DNA of 60,541 nt from Octopus bimaculoides (GCF_001194135.2 NC_069007.1:1405754-1466294), one strand, 5' to 3'; shown: positions 1 through 12,752, counted from the first letter of the stretch. Notes: a model not told the origin generated them from the sequence alone. Numbers and translations are program-made.

Positions 1-37
1 TATATATATCCGTTTATAGATTATAAAAGTATTTATT

Positions 38-68
<31 letters not shown>

Positions 69-89
69 GTATAGATGTATACTTTTATG

Positions 90-149
<60 letters not shown>

Positions 150-150
150 C
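1..150. repeat. (TA)n/(CA)n microsatellite block
   Basis: Direct reading: TA and CA dinucleotide runs; similar blocks at 370-400, 750-792, 2905-2940 and 3280-3510. Confidence 0.95.
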
Positions 151-368
151 TTTTATAATCTATACAAACGTATGCATGTATGTTAGTGTGTATACATGCT
201 TATATTAGTACACTGTATACACTATATGTATGTAAGCTTCTATATATATTTGTGAATGTGTGTGTATGTTTGTTTATGTGTAATTTGAAAAATTGAGAGA
301 CATATTCCGAAAAGTTATGCGTACTTACATGCGTTAATATATATAAATACATTTCTTCCTCTCTCTTG

Positions 369-402
<34 letters not shown>

Positions 403-742
403 ACCAAGCCAGGCACAGACACACACACACAATATATGTTCACGCCTTTGTTTCTCTCTGTCAACTCTGCATATGTAAGCTTCGATATATTTCTGCAACC
501 CACATAAAACTGAATAGCTAAGTGATACATGAAAGAATCAATACACAAACACGTTATCTTGTTGCCTATCTTTCTTTAAATAAAATAAAATGAAATAAAA
601 AAATAAGAAGCAAACAATAATGAAAATGTCTTTAAGAATAAAACCACATTCGTATATAGATGTAACATGTATTATAACATCACTAGCTCTGCTTTCTTTA
701 TAATAATCAATATCGCAGTATATATAACCACACAATATATTC

Positions 743-796
<54 letters not shown>

Positions 797-1120
797 GGTC
801 AATAAAATTTGGGTGAAAGTCTACTAGAATGCTATGTCAAAAGCCCGACCACTGTTATTGGCTACCTGATGTCATCATTCAGCGAAAATGCTCCTGCTAC
901 TTGATATACCTCAGGAATTCTATAGTACTCGTAGAGATGCTATAAATAGATAAATTATATATAAAGATGTTTTCTTTTTAAAATCACTACAATTGTTTCG
1001 ACAGATTTGTACACCCGTAGTATATATGTACAGCAACATTCGCAGAAATATCGTTGAAGAGAACTGTTTTTTTTTTTTTTCAAACATCGCATCGAGGAAA
1101 TAAAGTGACGCTGGATGATG

Positions 1121-1210
1121 TAGTAATGCAAAATGGACGGAGAACGATATGGAGGGGTTACTAGCATGTAGTATTTTCAGCTGCAGTCGTTGCCGTCCGT
1201 AGTGCCACTC
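1121..1210 (+). ncRNA. Candidate pri-miRNA-like hairpin with a miR-184-like 5' arm
   Basis: TGGACGG/CCGTCCG, AACGAT/GTCGTT, TGGAG/CTGCA and TACTA/TAGTA pair by eye, with a lower stem AGT/ACT and GCA/TGC; 1134-1152 TGGACGGAGAAC-GATATGG versus miR-184 TGGACGGAGAACTGATAAGG. Confidence 0.3.
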
Positions 1211-1459
1211 TGCGGTCTGGACAGTAACTGGAAATCTTATCCGGCCAAAATAAATAATATAAATAATTTCAGCCTTTAATCCCTATTTTATTGATAAAGC
1301 ATCCATCTTTATCAATATACAGCTCAAAATATATGCAGTTGTTTATGTTCCATTGTCAGCTTTTTATGAGATCTTTTCCAATGGTTTTACTGACAGAGAC
1401 AAGGCGTTCGGACTAAATTTGACAGTTTGCATAAAAGGAAAAGAAAAGAATATCACATA

Positions 1460-1760
1460 GATAAAAATATCAACTCTGATATGGTCGGAAGATCATCTAT
1501 GCGATTACAATCGGGAATTAAGAGGCCACATATTGAAGCTGGTGAAGTCGGAGAGGTTTTCCAACCCTTCTTGCTCTTACTGGAGAGGTGGAAAGAAGCC
1601 CCTGCTGTCAGGGTTGGACTGCAGTCTCCAGCAGCTTCGTATAACCTACCTAATTGATAATCAGACCCTGTTCAAATCCTTAGGCCGGCATGACGCCATC
1701 CTCACCGGAGACACGCCTAATGACCCTCACCTTCCTTCTCTTTGCTACAGTACACATTGA
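1460..1760 (+). mobile_element. Possible decayed retroelement-derived coding fragment
   Basis: GC-richer island with an open frame of about 100 codons (...WSEDHLCDYNRELRGHILKLVKSERFSNPSCSYWRGGKKPLLSGLD...) and no clear splice sites; resemblance to L1/Tx1-type ORF sequence is recollection only. Confidence 0.3.
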
Positions 1761-2035
1761 TGGTTGTGGAAATTCACTTTCGGAAGAATCCGAAATATCG
1801 CGAAATATAAAGCTTTCAATTTTTGTATGCCTCCCTGTCGTTTGATGACTCTTTGCCAGACTAACTTACACTTTTCGGCATCCCACGTGGGAAAACATAC
1901 GATTGTTTTCGAACGAAGACTACCACACAAGTAATTATAACAGGAACAATAATTATAACAAGAAATAACACAAAAACAGTCAATAGAAACTTGCACTTAC
2001 TATACAGACACACTCCAATAACAATTACCAATAAA

Positions 2036-2089
2036 TCCAAACTCACAGACGAAATACCGCTAAGCATTTCGCCCGGCGTGCTAACGATT
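2036..2089 (-). mobile_element. SINE family A head fragment
   Basis: gacgaaataccgctaagcatttcgcccggcgtgctaacg matches the intact copies at 24430 and 42965. Confidence 0.85.
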
Positions 2090-2900
2090 TTGATCCCTCA
2101 CTTTTTGATATAATAAAACTCGTTAGTGATGGGAAGAGAGTGTGAGAGAGAGAGAGATAGAGAGAGGGAAAGAGACCGAGAGTGACAGACAGGCAGATAG
2201 ACAATAAGAAAAATGCAAGAAAATGATGTATGAAGTCATATTAGAAGACAGAAGGGGAGTTAGAGTTTTGGGTAATGGAAAATTTGTTTCTTCAGGTTTG
2301 TCTAGTTTTACTGAAATAATTTAATTCTAATTGTTACTGATTTGACAATATTTTTCTTGTTTTGAATTTGTTTAAATGATTACATCAGGGTTAAATCTTC
2401 AGCTGATTGAAGTGCGTAATGGATTGAGTTTTTGCCACACGTTTAATCGCACTTTATGGACGCTAGCTTATACAATGCAAATAGCTTATAGTTAAAGACT
2501 GTATGTACGCAGAATGAAATGTATACTTCGTCTAATCAATCCAAGTAATGGCGATTTGTTTCCATCTGGGTTTTGAATTATGCATCAGAATTTTACTGAT
2601 TGCTTCTTGTTGTCCTCTTATTTTCCTTCACCGATGCCATCTTAAGTCGTTCTAGATATAATATTTCATCACATCGGCTTCTTACGCATTCTGTTTACTG
2701 AAAGTCATTCCAGGTTTGGCATTATAAGCAGCGGATGTGAATTCCATGTATTACAATAAAACAGCATTATATCACTCCGCGTATGTAATTTTACACACAG
2801 ACACACACAAGCATATAGATAGATGGATAGATATAGACAGGCGGATAGTGATACAGGGGTGGGGGGAGAAGAAAGAAAACAGTCAGCTGAATAAGAGAGA

Positions 2901-2944
<44 letters not shown>

Positions 2945-3280
2945 GTAGATTACCCCGATGCTATAAAAGGATACGAAATCGGAAAGGACAGAAAGTGAGA
3001 GAGGAAGAGAGAGATAGGGAGAGAGTCACGTGTTTATCGATTATTTGATGGCAACAGTTTAAATGTGCATCTTCAAAAGTAACACTATTCCGGATAGAAA
3101 GCAAAGCTTTGATCGAAGAATGTTGATGCCGGTAAAAGACCAAACATTTAAAGAGGAAAGCAAATCTTTGCATAAGAAAAAAATAACAAAAAAAGACAAC
3201 ACGATATAAACGGTGGCTCTTAAAATATGGATATGTTAAGGCTTAGAGTGTGTAAAGATAAGGCAATTAATTAAAACAAG

Positions 3281-3342
<62 letters not shown>

Positions 3343-4860
3343 ATATATGTATTTATACATATACGCATGTGGGTATATATATATGAATGCATATATACGT
3401 AATATATAAGCATATATGTATACGCGCACAGACACAGACGGACGCTTATATATGTGTGTGTTTGCGTGTGTAAGTAAGAGTGTGTGTGTGTGTGTGCGTG
3501 CGTGCGTGTTTGTATGTATTCTCTGCATAACAATGTCTGAATTAATAAATATGATTTGCTCTTCGTAGAGGAAACGGAATTCGTATTTTTCTGAATTCAA
3601 CATTATGAGTAAAAACAATGCATTTATGTATAAGGAACTAATACTGTTTCACTCCTATGTGTATATATATATATAAGTGGCGTGCGGTAACTTCCGGGGT
3701 TGGGCTTGCAATGAATTTCTCCCCCCCACCCACCTGGCAATTTTTCAGTAAAAGAATTTTCGTATTCCTAGTATTTACATCTGGGAGATTCTAAATGTGC
3801 AATCAACCCCGCATGACCTAGAATAAGCAGGGAATTAAAAAAATGGCACTGTAGAGATGAGCCTGAAATAAGTGTATTGTTCGTATTTTTCTCTCTCTTC
3901 GGAACGTCAGTACTTTCCCTAACCCTCATTCTCCCTTAAAAATGTCTAAAAATCATAAGTGAAGTGGAATAAAAACGTGAAATTGGATTCTGTTAATATT
4001 TTTGCATATTCGGAATCTCTGTTAAAGGTAGGAATCCGAAAAAAAATTTTCACTAAATTTCGTTTTTCAAAGAGGTGCGATTCTGCATTAGCCCCTATAC
4101 CTATTGGTCCAGCTGAATAAATTTGAAATGATTTAATACAGAGAACATATTTAGTTACATTATATGACCCTGGGTTTAGATAGTTACGCTGTCGAAGACA
4201 AGTCAGGTGCTTTATCATGCTACTTGTCAATTCCGGGAAAATTATTGATACTCAAGCAGACTATTCTGAGACTTGCTGAATTCCGTATATTAAAAGACTA
4301 CGTCTCACGTACGCACATTGAAAATACATGCATATACATGAATACACACACAATGAAAGACAGTGAAAATTCAAAATTGTAAAAAGCCCCACCGTTTATA
4401 ATTAATTGTTTTCCATCGAGGTATCTTTTCGAAAAACTATTTCTCAAAATATCGTTTATAACACTCATTTCGAAAAAGGCTACTTTTATATAAGAACATA
4501 CGTGTAAGCATCTGAGTAAATTGTAAGTCATTTCAACAAAACGGAAAAAATAACGTTAGTCAAATTAATTTAAGATTAATTAGCTACNNNNNNNNNNNNN
4601 NNNNNNNNNNNNNNNNNNNNNNNNNNNNNNNNNNNNNNNNNNNNNNNNNNNNNNNNNNNNNNNNNNNNNNNNNNNNNNNNNNNNNNNNNNNNNNNNNNNN
4701 GGCGGGGTGTCAGGTAGTCATCTCAAAGCAGACGTACGAGTCACTGAGAGAGGGGAAAGGGAAGGCAGATTATTTTGAAAACATCTGGACGGATTTTTTT
4801 TTGGTTTCAAACAACAGTAACTATTTCATCTAATTTTCCGATGAAATGGATAAAATTCAC

Positions 4861-4957
4861 AGGACGTGCTCAACCACTTGCACGTCAATTTCACGAGCAG
4901 GCTGTTCCGTTGATCGGATCAACTGGAACCCTCGTCGTTGTAACCGACGGAGTGCCA
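4861..4957 (+). mobile_element. SINE family C 3' tail fragment
   Basis: tcaactggaaccctcgtcgttgtaaccgacggagtgcca matches the reverse complement of 57999-58040. Confidence 0.8.
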
Positions 4958-5585
4958 ACCAACGCTTTCGATAAAGCAGTTGCTCCCGCAAAGCAAATTA
5001 GATATAATTTGGGATTTTGCAGATGGTCAAAATTGGTAACACAAACAGGACAGTGAAAACAAACAGGAAGGGCTGGTAAGCCTAAACAAATTTGTGGTGA
5101 CGAACGCGTAAATCAAGCTAATATATATGTATATATATATATCCTCATATACGCACATATATTCATCCGCAAATATTTATACCTACATGTTAATATATAT
5201 CATCTGTTCTATTCACCTCTATACCGTTCTCCTAATCGAAATATTAGCAGTCTTCCATGAACTATACATCGACCTACCAACGTATTTATATAATACCTTC
5301 GTCTTAATTTGTCTATGCTGCTTCGCTCGCTTAAGCAGCTCCGTTATTAGCACTTTAATTATCTATTTCTTTTTTCTAATACTATACTTATATGCATTAC
5401 TCAAATATTTCTTTAATTCTCTCGCATTGGCTTCGAATAACTTTATGGTCTTCAAATTATAGTCGTTACATAGGAGTATTCTGAATATATTCCATAATAT
5501 CTTTATGGTTTCCTTTAAAAAGTAGGGAATTTATTTCCGCAAATTCATTACTTCTAAGAATAAACGCAAAATATTGAAAGTCGTC

Positions 5586-5800
5586 AAGACGACAAACTTG
5601 CAGGGTCGTTAGAACGCCGAGGAAATTCTTAGTGGCATTTAATATGTCGTTGCATTCTGAGTTCAAATCCCGAAGAGGTCGACTTTCCGTTTCATTTTTT
5701 AGGAGTCGTTAAAATAAATGCTACCTGAGCATTGAGGTCGATGTAACCGATTTAACCCCTCCCCCAAAGTTGCTGCCCTCGAGCCAAAATTTGGAACAAA
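5586..5800 (+). mobile_element. SINE family A, diverged full-length copy
   Basis: B box ctgagttcaaatccc, gaggtcgactttccgtttcat core, and tail acccctcccccaaagttgctgcc. Confidence 0.85.
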
Positions 5801-5948
5801 ATTATATGTTGCAGAACACACACGCATGCACATATGCAAATCTCCCATGCACATAGATATCGATAAATATACAAAAAATACATATAAATGTGACTGTTAA
5901 TATAAAGAATTTCAATAAAAGCTGATTGCAGTATTCCTTATAATGATT

Positions 5949-6228
5949 TATTACCTCCGCCTTAGCGAAGGCAGAGGTATTGTTTTTAGTCGTGTTTGTT
6001 TGTGTGATTTTTTGATCGATCCGGTACCGGACAAGGAATCTGGATTATTTCCCCTTTTTTCTTACTGAATTTTTGAGAGGGGGTGGGGTTCATTTTTAGT
6101 ATTCTCGTTTGTGAGGGTAGTGGGGTTTATTTCAGATATTCTCATCTTAAAAATCATCTCCTGCTAATCGGTGAGAGTTCGCTGGTGTTGCCTTGGCAGA
6201 GATTTGCACTTTCTGAGTGGTCTTGTTA
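5949..6228 (+). mobile_element. Helentron-associated/DINE-1-like non-autonomous element (HINE-like)
   Basis: 5' hairpin acctccgcctt-agcg-aaggcagaggt, subterminal inverted ggcagag near 6195, 3' stem-loop cact-ttctg-agtg, then tcttgtt and a T-rich flank. Confidence 0.55.
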
Positions 6229-8689
6229 TTTTTGCTTTTATTTGTGTAGTCCTCACACATCAACCCTCCACGGGGTCAGGTCTGATTTGACTTAGATATA
6301 ATCAAATCAAAGGTATTCTACAGATTAGAATCTTGCGTTTTTCTGTCGCGTAAATTTACAAAGACGACATTATTTAAAATTTTCTTCGAAAAGGCTGGGT
6401 TGATTTGAGTAAGAATCGGCTGCTATTTTCAGTATCGAGGGTTTTTTATTTAGTGGCAGTCACTTATGGAATGTTGCTGGTATAGTTAGTGTGTAAGAGG
6501 AAATGAGGATTTTACGGTAAGCAAAGTGGGAGCAAGTCCATATCCAACCGAGGATGTTCAAAGCCTTTTCTTTACCCTCACAAACCATAAACTAGTTTAG
6601 GAATTGCAGGTACACAACTATTCGCGAGCCGAGGAATTTTACGCAGACGTAATATCTAAGGTTCTCCATTCATTGCCCCTATTGGTAGCAGTAAAGCGTC
6701 AAATAAACCAATTCATTAGTCATAAGAAAGTAGGATAAGATTTTGAAAGACATGTGACTGCTATTTCTAGCTGATTGAGTGACCAGGTATTATTCTCCTA
6801 TCCATTGCCACGTGCTCAAGCTTTTATGGAGGACAGAAATTTTTTCTATTGCTTCACCCATTTGATCCCATCGTTCCTTTCAATGAAATATTAAGGAAAG
6901 GGAGTTACATTTCCGTAGCAAGGATCACGCTATTCACTAAAAGACTAACGGCCATATCACTTAATTCTATGGAATCTTCCTGTAAACACACAGTCTATTA
7001 ATTCTAGAGTACCATTGAGCAACAGTGAAAGCGATATTTTAAACAAATCTTCGTATCAATTACACAATATTCTAGTTTTCTCTATTCTATATTTCTCCCG
7101 TCTTACATTCCATCTATCTTCCCAGCATTCATTCTGTTTCATTTATTTATTTATTTATTCATTTAGTTATTTTATATATTTTTAATTCTTTCAATGTATA
7201 ATTCCATATTTTCTAAAAATCATAATACATGCAATTGTGTAACATTCAGATATTTGTCAGGATTGAGCACAATTTCAGTATATTTTAACAAAATGGACAG
7301 TCAATACACATTTTAAAAATATTTTTCTTCATTTATTTGCTTTTCGCGTTTTGTAGCAATTTTTGAATAGTGTTCCTGTAAATGTAAGGAAAAATATAAA
7401 AAAAAATTAAAATAAATATAAAATAAACGATAAAAATCTATAACTTGTAATGCTTGCTTAACGTTTTTCTTTTCTTTTTCCCTTTGGCGTATGAAGGCAC
7501 ATTTATGAAAATTACATTAGTTGCCGGATTTTTTTTTTCTTCGTTTTCTGCGCTTGAATTTCTAATATTCAAAGTATCTTCATTTCTAGCTATTCAATTC
7601 TATTTGCTGCTGCTGCTGTTATTAAATGAGTTCCATTTTTAAGTATAATATTTTATTTTTTTGGTCTGTGAGTGTGTGTGGGAGAGAGAGAGAGAAAATT
7701 TAAATGAGAGAGAGAGAGAAGAGGATGTATGTGTGTAGATGGGGGATGATTTGTGAGGATTAAACAGATATGCAACATGGTTTACAAAACAGCATAACTC
7801 TTCAGTTAAGTGGCATTGAACATTAAAACAGTTACATTAGGTGGCAGAAAACTTTTATTATTTTAAAATAAAAGCAAATAGTGAATTGAATAGAAGAAGA
7901 AAAAAACATCAATATAAAAGAAATGACTAAAATATTACGAACTAAACACAAATAAATAAAGGCAATCGCAGAGCACCAAAATAATATTATCTCCCCCACG
8001 CCAAAGAAAAAAAAATTATCGCAAAAATATAAAATAATAATAATGACTTAGTGAGTCACGGGGCCATACGATTCGTAATTTTGTTTATTTGCTCGACCCT
8101 TGAACATTACTTTATCAAACCCAGGAAAGGATGAAAGACAAAATGGGAAACGACAGAATTTCTAAATGAAAACGAAACGATACTTGACTACATACGGTAA
8201 ACATTACACCCTTTACACTTCACTGACATTCGCATCACTGATTTCGTATCTAAGATAGGTACGGAGTATCAGAGATGAGGGAAGCTGTGTATTTGTATAG
8301 ATTAACCTTTTGCCTATTCAAAGTATTTGCGTAAGAATTTCCTAAACGCTCATGCTTGTTTACGTACTTTCTGTTACCACTTGTTTCATACGTTTTCAGT
8401 AACATAAAGCTTTTATGACTCCCCAGTTATTCAGATGGTAGAAATATATTGTCAATGTGTATGGTGAATGGAAGCCAATCAGTATGCCCTGTGTATGACA
8501 TGCGATACAGCGGAGGGAAAAGGGTTAACAACAGTGTTCAGGTGGAACTTTCTTTCATAAACTCCTGGTTATATGAAACGGAGACAACGTCGACCTCGGC
8601 AAATGCTAAAATCAGAACATAAACGAAGAATAGACTTAATTTGTTATTTAAAAATAGACATAAGTTGGAAGATTTCAAGTAGCCATTTT

Positions 8690-8810
8690 TGAAACATGAC
8701 CTCAGATCAATCCCAGCGTATGGACACAGGAACAAGGGTCTTCTGTTATAGCCCTGAGACTTGTGGCTGGATTTGGTAGTAGACAGAAACTGAAAGAGGT
8801 CCGTGGTAAT
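8690..8810 (+). mobile_element. SINE family B 5' half, degenerate
   Basis: caagggtcttctgttatagccc...gatttggtagtagacagaaactgaaagagg resembles 23570-23635. Confidence 0.7.
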
Positions 8811-9119
8811 CTTTCCTACAATTAAGATTGAATGAATGTGGTGATATCTAAGGTATGTTTGTTCCAACACAAGACTTATTTTAGTGCTGTTGACACCTCC
8901 GGGTTGAATGGTACTTCCCAAGTGTCGAAACCATAATGGTATCCGTGGGATAGCTGATGATGGGCGTATATTTGGTTGGTATGGCTGTTTTTGTATATGC
9001 AAATTAGTTTTATAAGACATCCATTCGATATATAAAAATATAAATGTATGTGTGTCATTGTACGTGTGTGTATCTGTGTGTGTGTGTGTGTCTTAGTGCG
9101 TGTGTGTATCTGTGTGTGA

Positions 9120-9330
9120 GTGTATGTTTATGTGCGTTTTACTCCAGCACTACTTAGCAACTAGTGTTGGTGCTTATACGCCCTCGTATCTTAGGGGTTC
9201 GGCAGTAGAGACCGAAAGAATACGTACCAGGCTTTAAAACATAAGTTCTGGTGGAGATGCGCTTAACTAAAAAAAATCTTCAAGACAGTGCCCCAGCATG
9301 GCCGCATTCTAAACGAGTGAAACAAGTACC
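9120..9330 (+). mobile_element. SINE family B 3' half, degenerate
   Basis: ggttcggcagtagagaccgaaagaatacgtacc...ccagcatggccgca...gaaacaagta. Confidence 0.8.
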
Positions 9331-11139
9331 AGATATAATATCAAAGTGCTGGTTGTCTGTTGTTCTGATAAACAAGACATGTGAGCAGAAGCTTCACTCT
9401 TCAAATGATTTTGTAGTCCATTTTGTCAAGGCAACCTTTAACAAAAAACGCTTAAACAATGTAATTTCAGATATCTTTCCTGAAACGGTAGCATATGGTT
9501 TAACCGAAATTCGTCAACCATACATAAACGTTGAAGTGCTTTATAGATTGGGGCTGTAGTTCCAACCACATTTTAATTGATTCTCTGCTTTCAAACTTTT
9601 CAAATATTTTCGAATTACTTCGAGAAATAACCTTAGTGAATTTAACCGTATATATATATATCATAGCCAGTGTTGAATGACACTGCAGTGCTAATAATCT
9701 ACAATCACTCCCGAAAAAAAAAGAAACCGATCTATAAAAATCTCCTAACTAACCACTATTCAGAATGTAACAATGAACAATAAAAGTATTTAGAATTTTA
9801 ATATATTTACATACGTAAAACAAGTCGACTGAAAAAATATTAAGAAACAAAGACATAAACGATGGAATGAAAATACTTTGAAAAGCTGGAAAATTTTCCT
9901 CGTCAGCTGTATATCATAAAACAGCATGGTTTCGACACGTTATAGCACGTAGCTATTTCCTATGGTGAAAATAACACAGAAAATAGAATTTAACATTTTT
10001 TTTTAAAGAACAAATAAGCTTATTTGCAGCATGGAATAGTAACCACGAAACATAGATCGAAAATATTAAGATATAAGTTGGTAATTGAAATATGATGATA
10101 TACATTGATGATTAAATCTTATATATTAATTCATAAATTAAAAAAAAAACATGTAATGAATGAAAAGGAAAGACACTTACGAAGCAAACGGCAAAAAGTA
10201 GCCAGAAAATGATGGTTAAATTCTAGGCTTACGAGTGAACCAAATTTAGTCCTCTGTCACTCCTGCGAAAAAGGAGACATCGTGGACGAACTGGAAACTT
10301 CTAAGAGAAGAATTAACTCTAAATTTGAAGTGAACATTACAAAGCCCGAGTAAGTTTCGGAGTAAAAGGAAGAAAAGAAGAAAAAGGAAGAAAAAGAAGC
10401 GAGGCTGTGGGGATAGTGCCAGAAAGGCCACTCTGTCTGAGGAACGATTCGCTCTGTTGACCCATCCATCCAAGAATTCTGTAATAAGACGTGAGGAGAA
10501 TCGTGGTAAACTAATGACGGTGATTTAAAATGATTTCTTTCTTAGCATCCGACAGGGCAAAAAGGCAAAAAATGGTGAGAATACAATACTTATTGGATTG
10601 CCAGGTGAAAGCATATAACATCATTTTTCGTGTTAATTCAAATAGCATTGGAAAGGAATAGAAGGAAAAAACAAAGCAAAAACAGAAAGAGCTGAATTTC
10701 TTCGACGCGCCCCAATATTCATATTGTCACTGTAATATTGCGTATTATGAGAAAGAATTATGCTAAGTACTGTATTTTCGATGTTAAGCAATGTCTAGGA
10801 GTTATAAGACATATATGAATATGTACAGAGAACTAGATTTATACAATGAAAGAGAAACCATAAAAGACGCGAATAACACAGCAAAAAAAACTATAAATAC
10901 ATAGTATTATATAAATATATATATATATACATAATACATACACACGTATATATTAGTATGTATGTATGTATATAAGAGAAGATGGATGCACGTGCGTTGT
11001 TATATATATGTGTGTATATGCAAACCATTGAACGTATCACTTGCATTCAACAGCGAGATTCACACCCGAGGCAACCTCCAAATGAATATGTAATTTTGTA
11101 GAAATCAACCCTAGTATAATCTCACTCATACACACACAA

Positions 11140-11178
<39 letters not shown>

Positions 11179-11364
11179 TATATAGTGTTTTGTTCCGTGA
11201 TGTGAAGATCAACAAAGCAAAGTACGCAAACCGTGAGAGATAAATATTATTTAATAAGCACATTATATGTTTTTTTTTATGTGCTGCTATTATTATCATG
11301 AGTTGAAAGCATGCTAAACTGTTTTTAACCTGTCTAGGCCTCCTAGTACAACAACGAGATCCGA

Positions 11365-11640
11365 CCCACAGTGGTTACGGCAGTGGACTCAGGGTTTCGA
11401 TTCCCAGACCAGGCGTTGTGTGTGTTTATTGAGCGAAAACACCTAAAGGTCTACGAGGACCGGCAGGCGGTGTTGGTGACCCCTGTTGTACTCTTTCGCC
11501 CCAACTTTCTCTCACTCTTTCTTCCTGTTTCTTGAGTAACGCTTCGATGGACTGGCTTCCCGTCCAGCTGGGGGGAACCTATACACCATAGAAACCGGGA
11601 AACCGGGCCCATGAGCTTGGCTAGGCTTTAAAAGGGGGAA
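11365..11640 (+). mobile_element. SINE family C with alternative tail
   Basis: tRNA-like head (cagtggttacggcagtggactc...gtttcgattccc); body shared with 58130-58313; distinct tail gatggactggcttcccgtccag...gaaaccggg. Confidence 0.8.
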
Positions 11641-12752
11641 CAAAAATTACAGTCGCCTTTTGCATAAGCGGCCCAAACTGGTTGAAGCACTGGGATAAGT
11701 ACCTTATTCAATAAGTCAGTATTTAGTGTGTGATGATGCGTAGCCATCAACAAACACTTCAATCTCTCAAATCAACATTCGTTAATCACAGTCACGATAA
11801 GTCATGTTTATTCCCTTTCGTCATATCTCTGTGGAAATATAGCTTGTAGCTTTTGTTTTCTTTCACACATAATTTTATTTCAGCACACATTCTACTCTGC
11901 AAGTTTAACACCGGGTGACTTGTATTTCTCATACATCTCGTTGAAATGGTTCTTCTTTACCGTTTTGCAAGCGAGTGGTTTACTGACCTTTGATTTACGC
12001 CCATACAGTCAGAAATGTTAATAAGTTCTTCCCGCTCCAGTCTTTCATTTGATATATATAATTAACAGATGTATGATTTCGTATAACGCACTTGATGCAT
12101 AATTAGGTTTTTCTCCTTTTCTGTCTAATGCAGCTATTTCAATTTTGCCTAATTTACCATTCCAACACAATAACGTTCAACGGGAAGCATACATATTTTA
12201 TTCGCGTATATCAATTTTCTTGAATAAATTTCGAACTTCAATACGAGATTTAATATTTCAAGTACGTCTTTTGACACTTTCTTCATTTCATCATGCATAA
12301 TGCAATCGAATTTCCTCATCATCATTACTATCAGATGATAAGGACGTTGTTCTATTACAACTAATAGATTAAAATGGATTCTCCCCCCTTTCTCGATACC
12401 TAATCTATCAAAATTTGGTAAAGAAATTTACATTCCCAAATCTCAGTAACCTATATTCAGAATTTCAACAGGTAAATTAAACTTTCACTGAGTTAGCAAG
12501 TCATCAATGAAAGATAGGAGACTGACGGAAGGTGCTTTTCTTCCTAGATTTCTTATTATTAATTAGATATCAGAGAACTAATAATTAACAAAAGCAACCA
12601 GAGACTCGTCCTTGCAGATACCTATTTATAAGGGCTATAGATCCTACGAACAATAATATCTGTATACGAAGAGCAAAAAAAGCAATAGGAAGATGCAAGA
12701 CACCAACAATATACTACTACTACTACTACTACTACTACTGATCAGTCTGAAG

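Noticed and set aside
5023-5075. Possible exon ttttgcag|ATGGTCAAAATT...GGGCTG|gtaagc (MVKIGNTNRTVKTNRKG)
   Set aside because: Good splice dinucleotides, but no recognisable homology or partner exons; such matches arise by chance in 60 kb
8538-9559. 160-aa minus ORF and 102-aa plus ORF
   Set aside because: Both overlap degenerate SINE B sequence and show no protein motif
10227-10590. Possible exons LTSEPNLVLCHSCEKGDIVDELE...KP|gtaagt and ttag|catccgacagggc...aatg|gtgaga
   Set aside because: Frames can be joined but give no recognisable protein; an alternative frame has a stop next to a purine-rich tract
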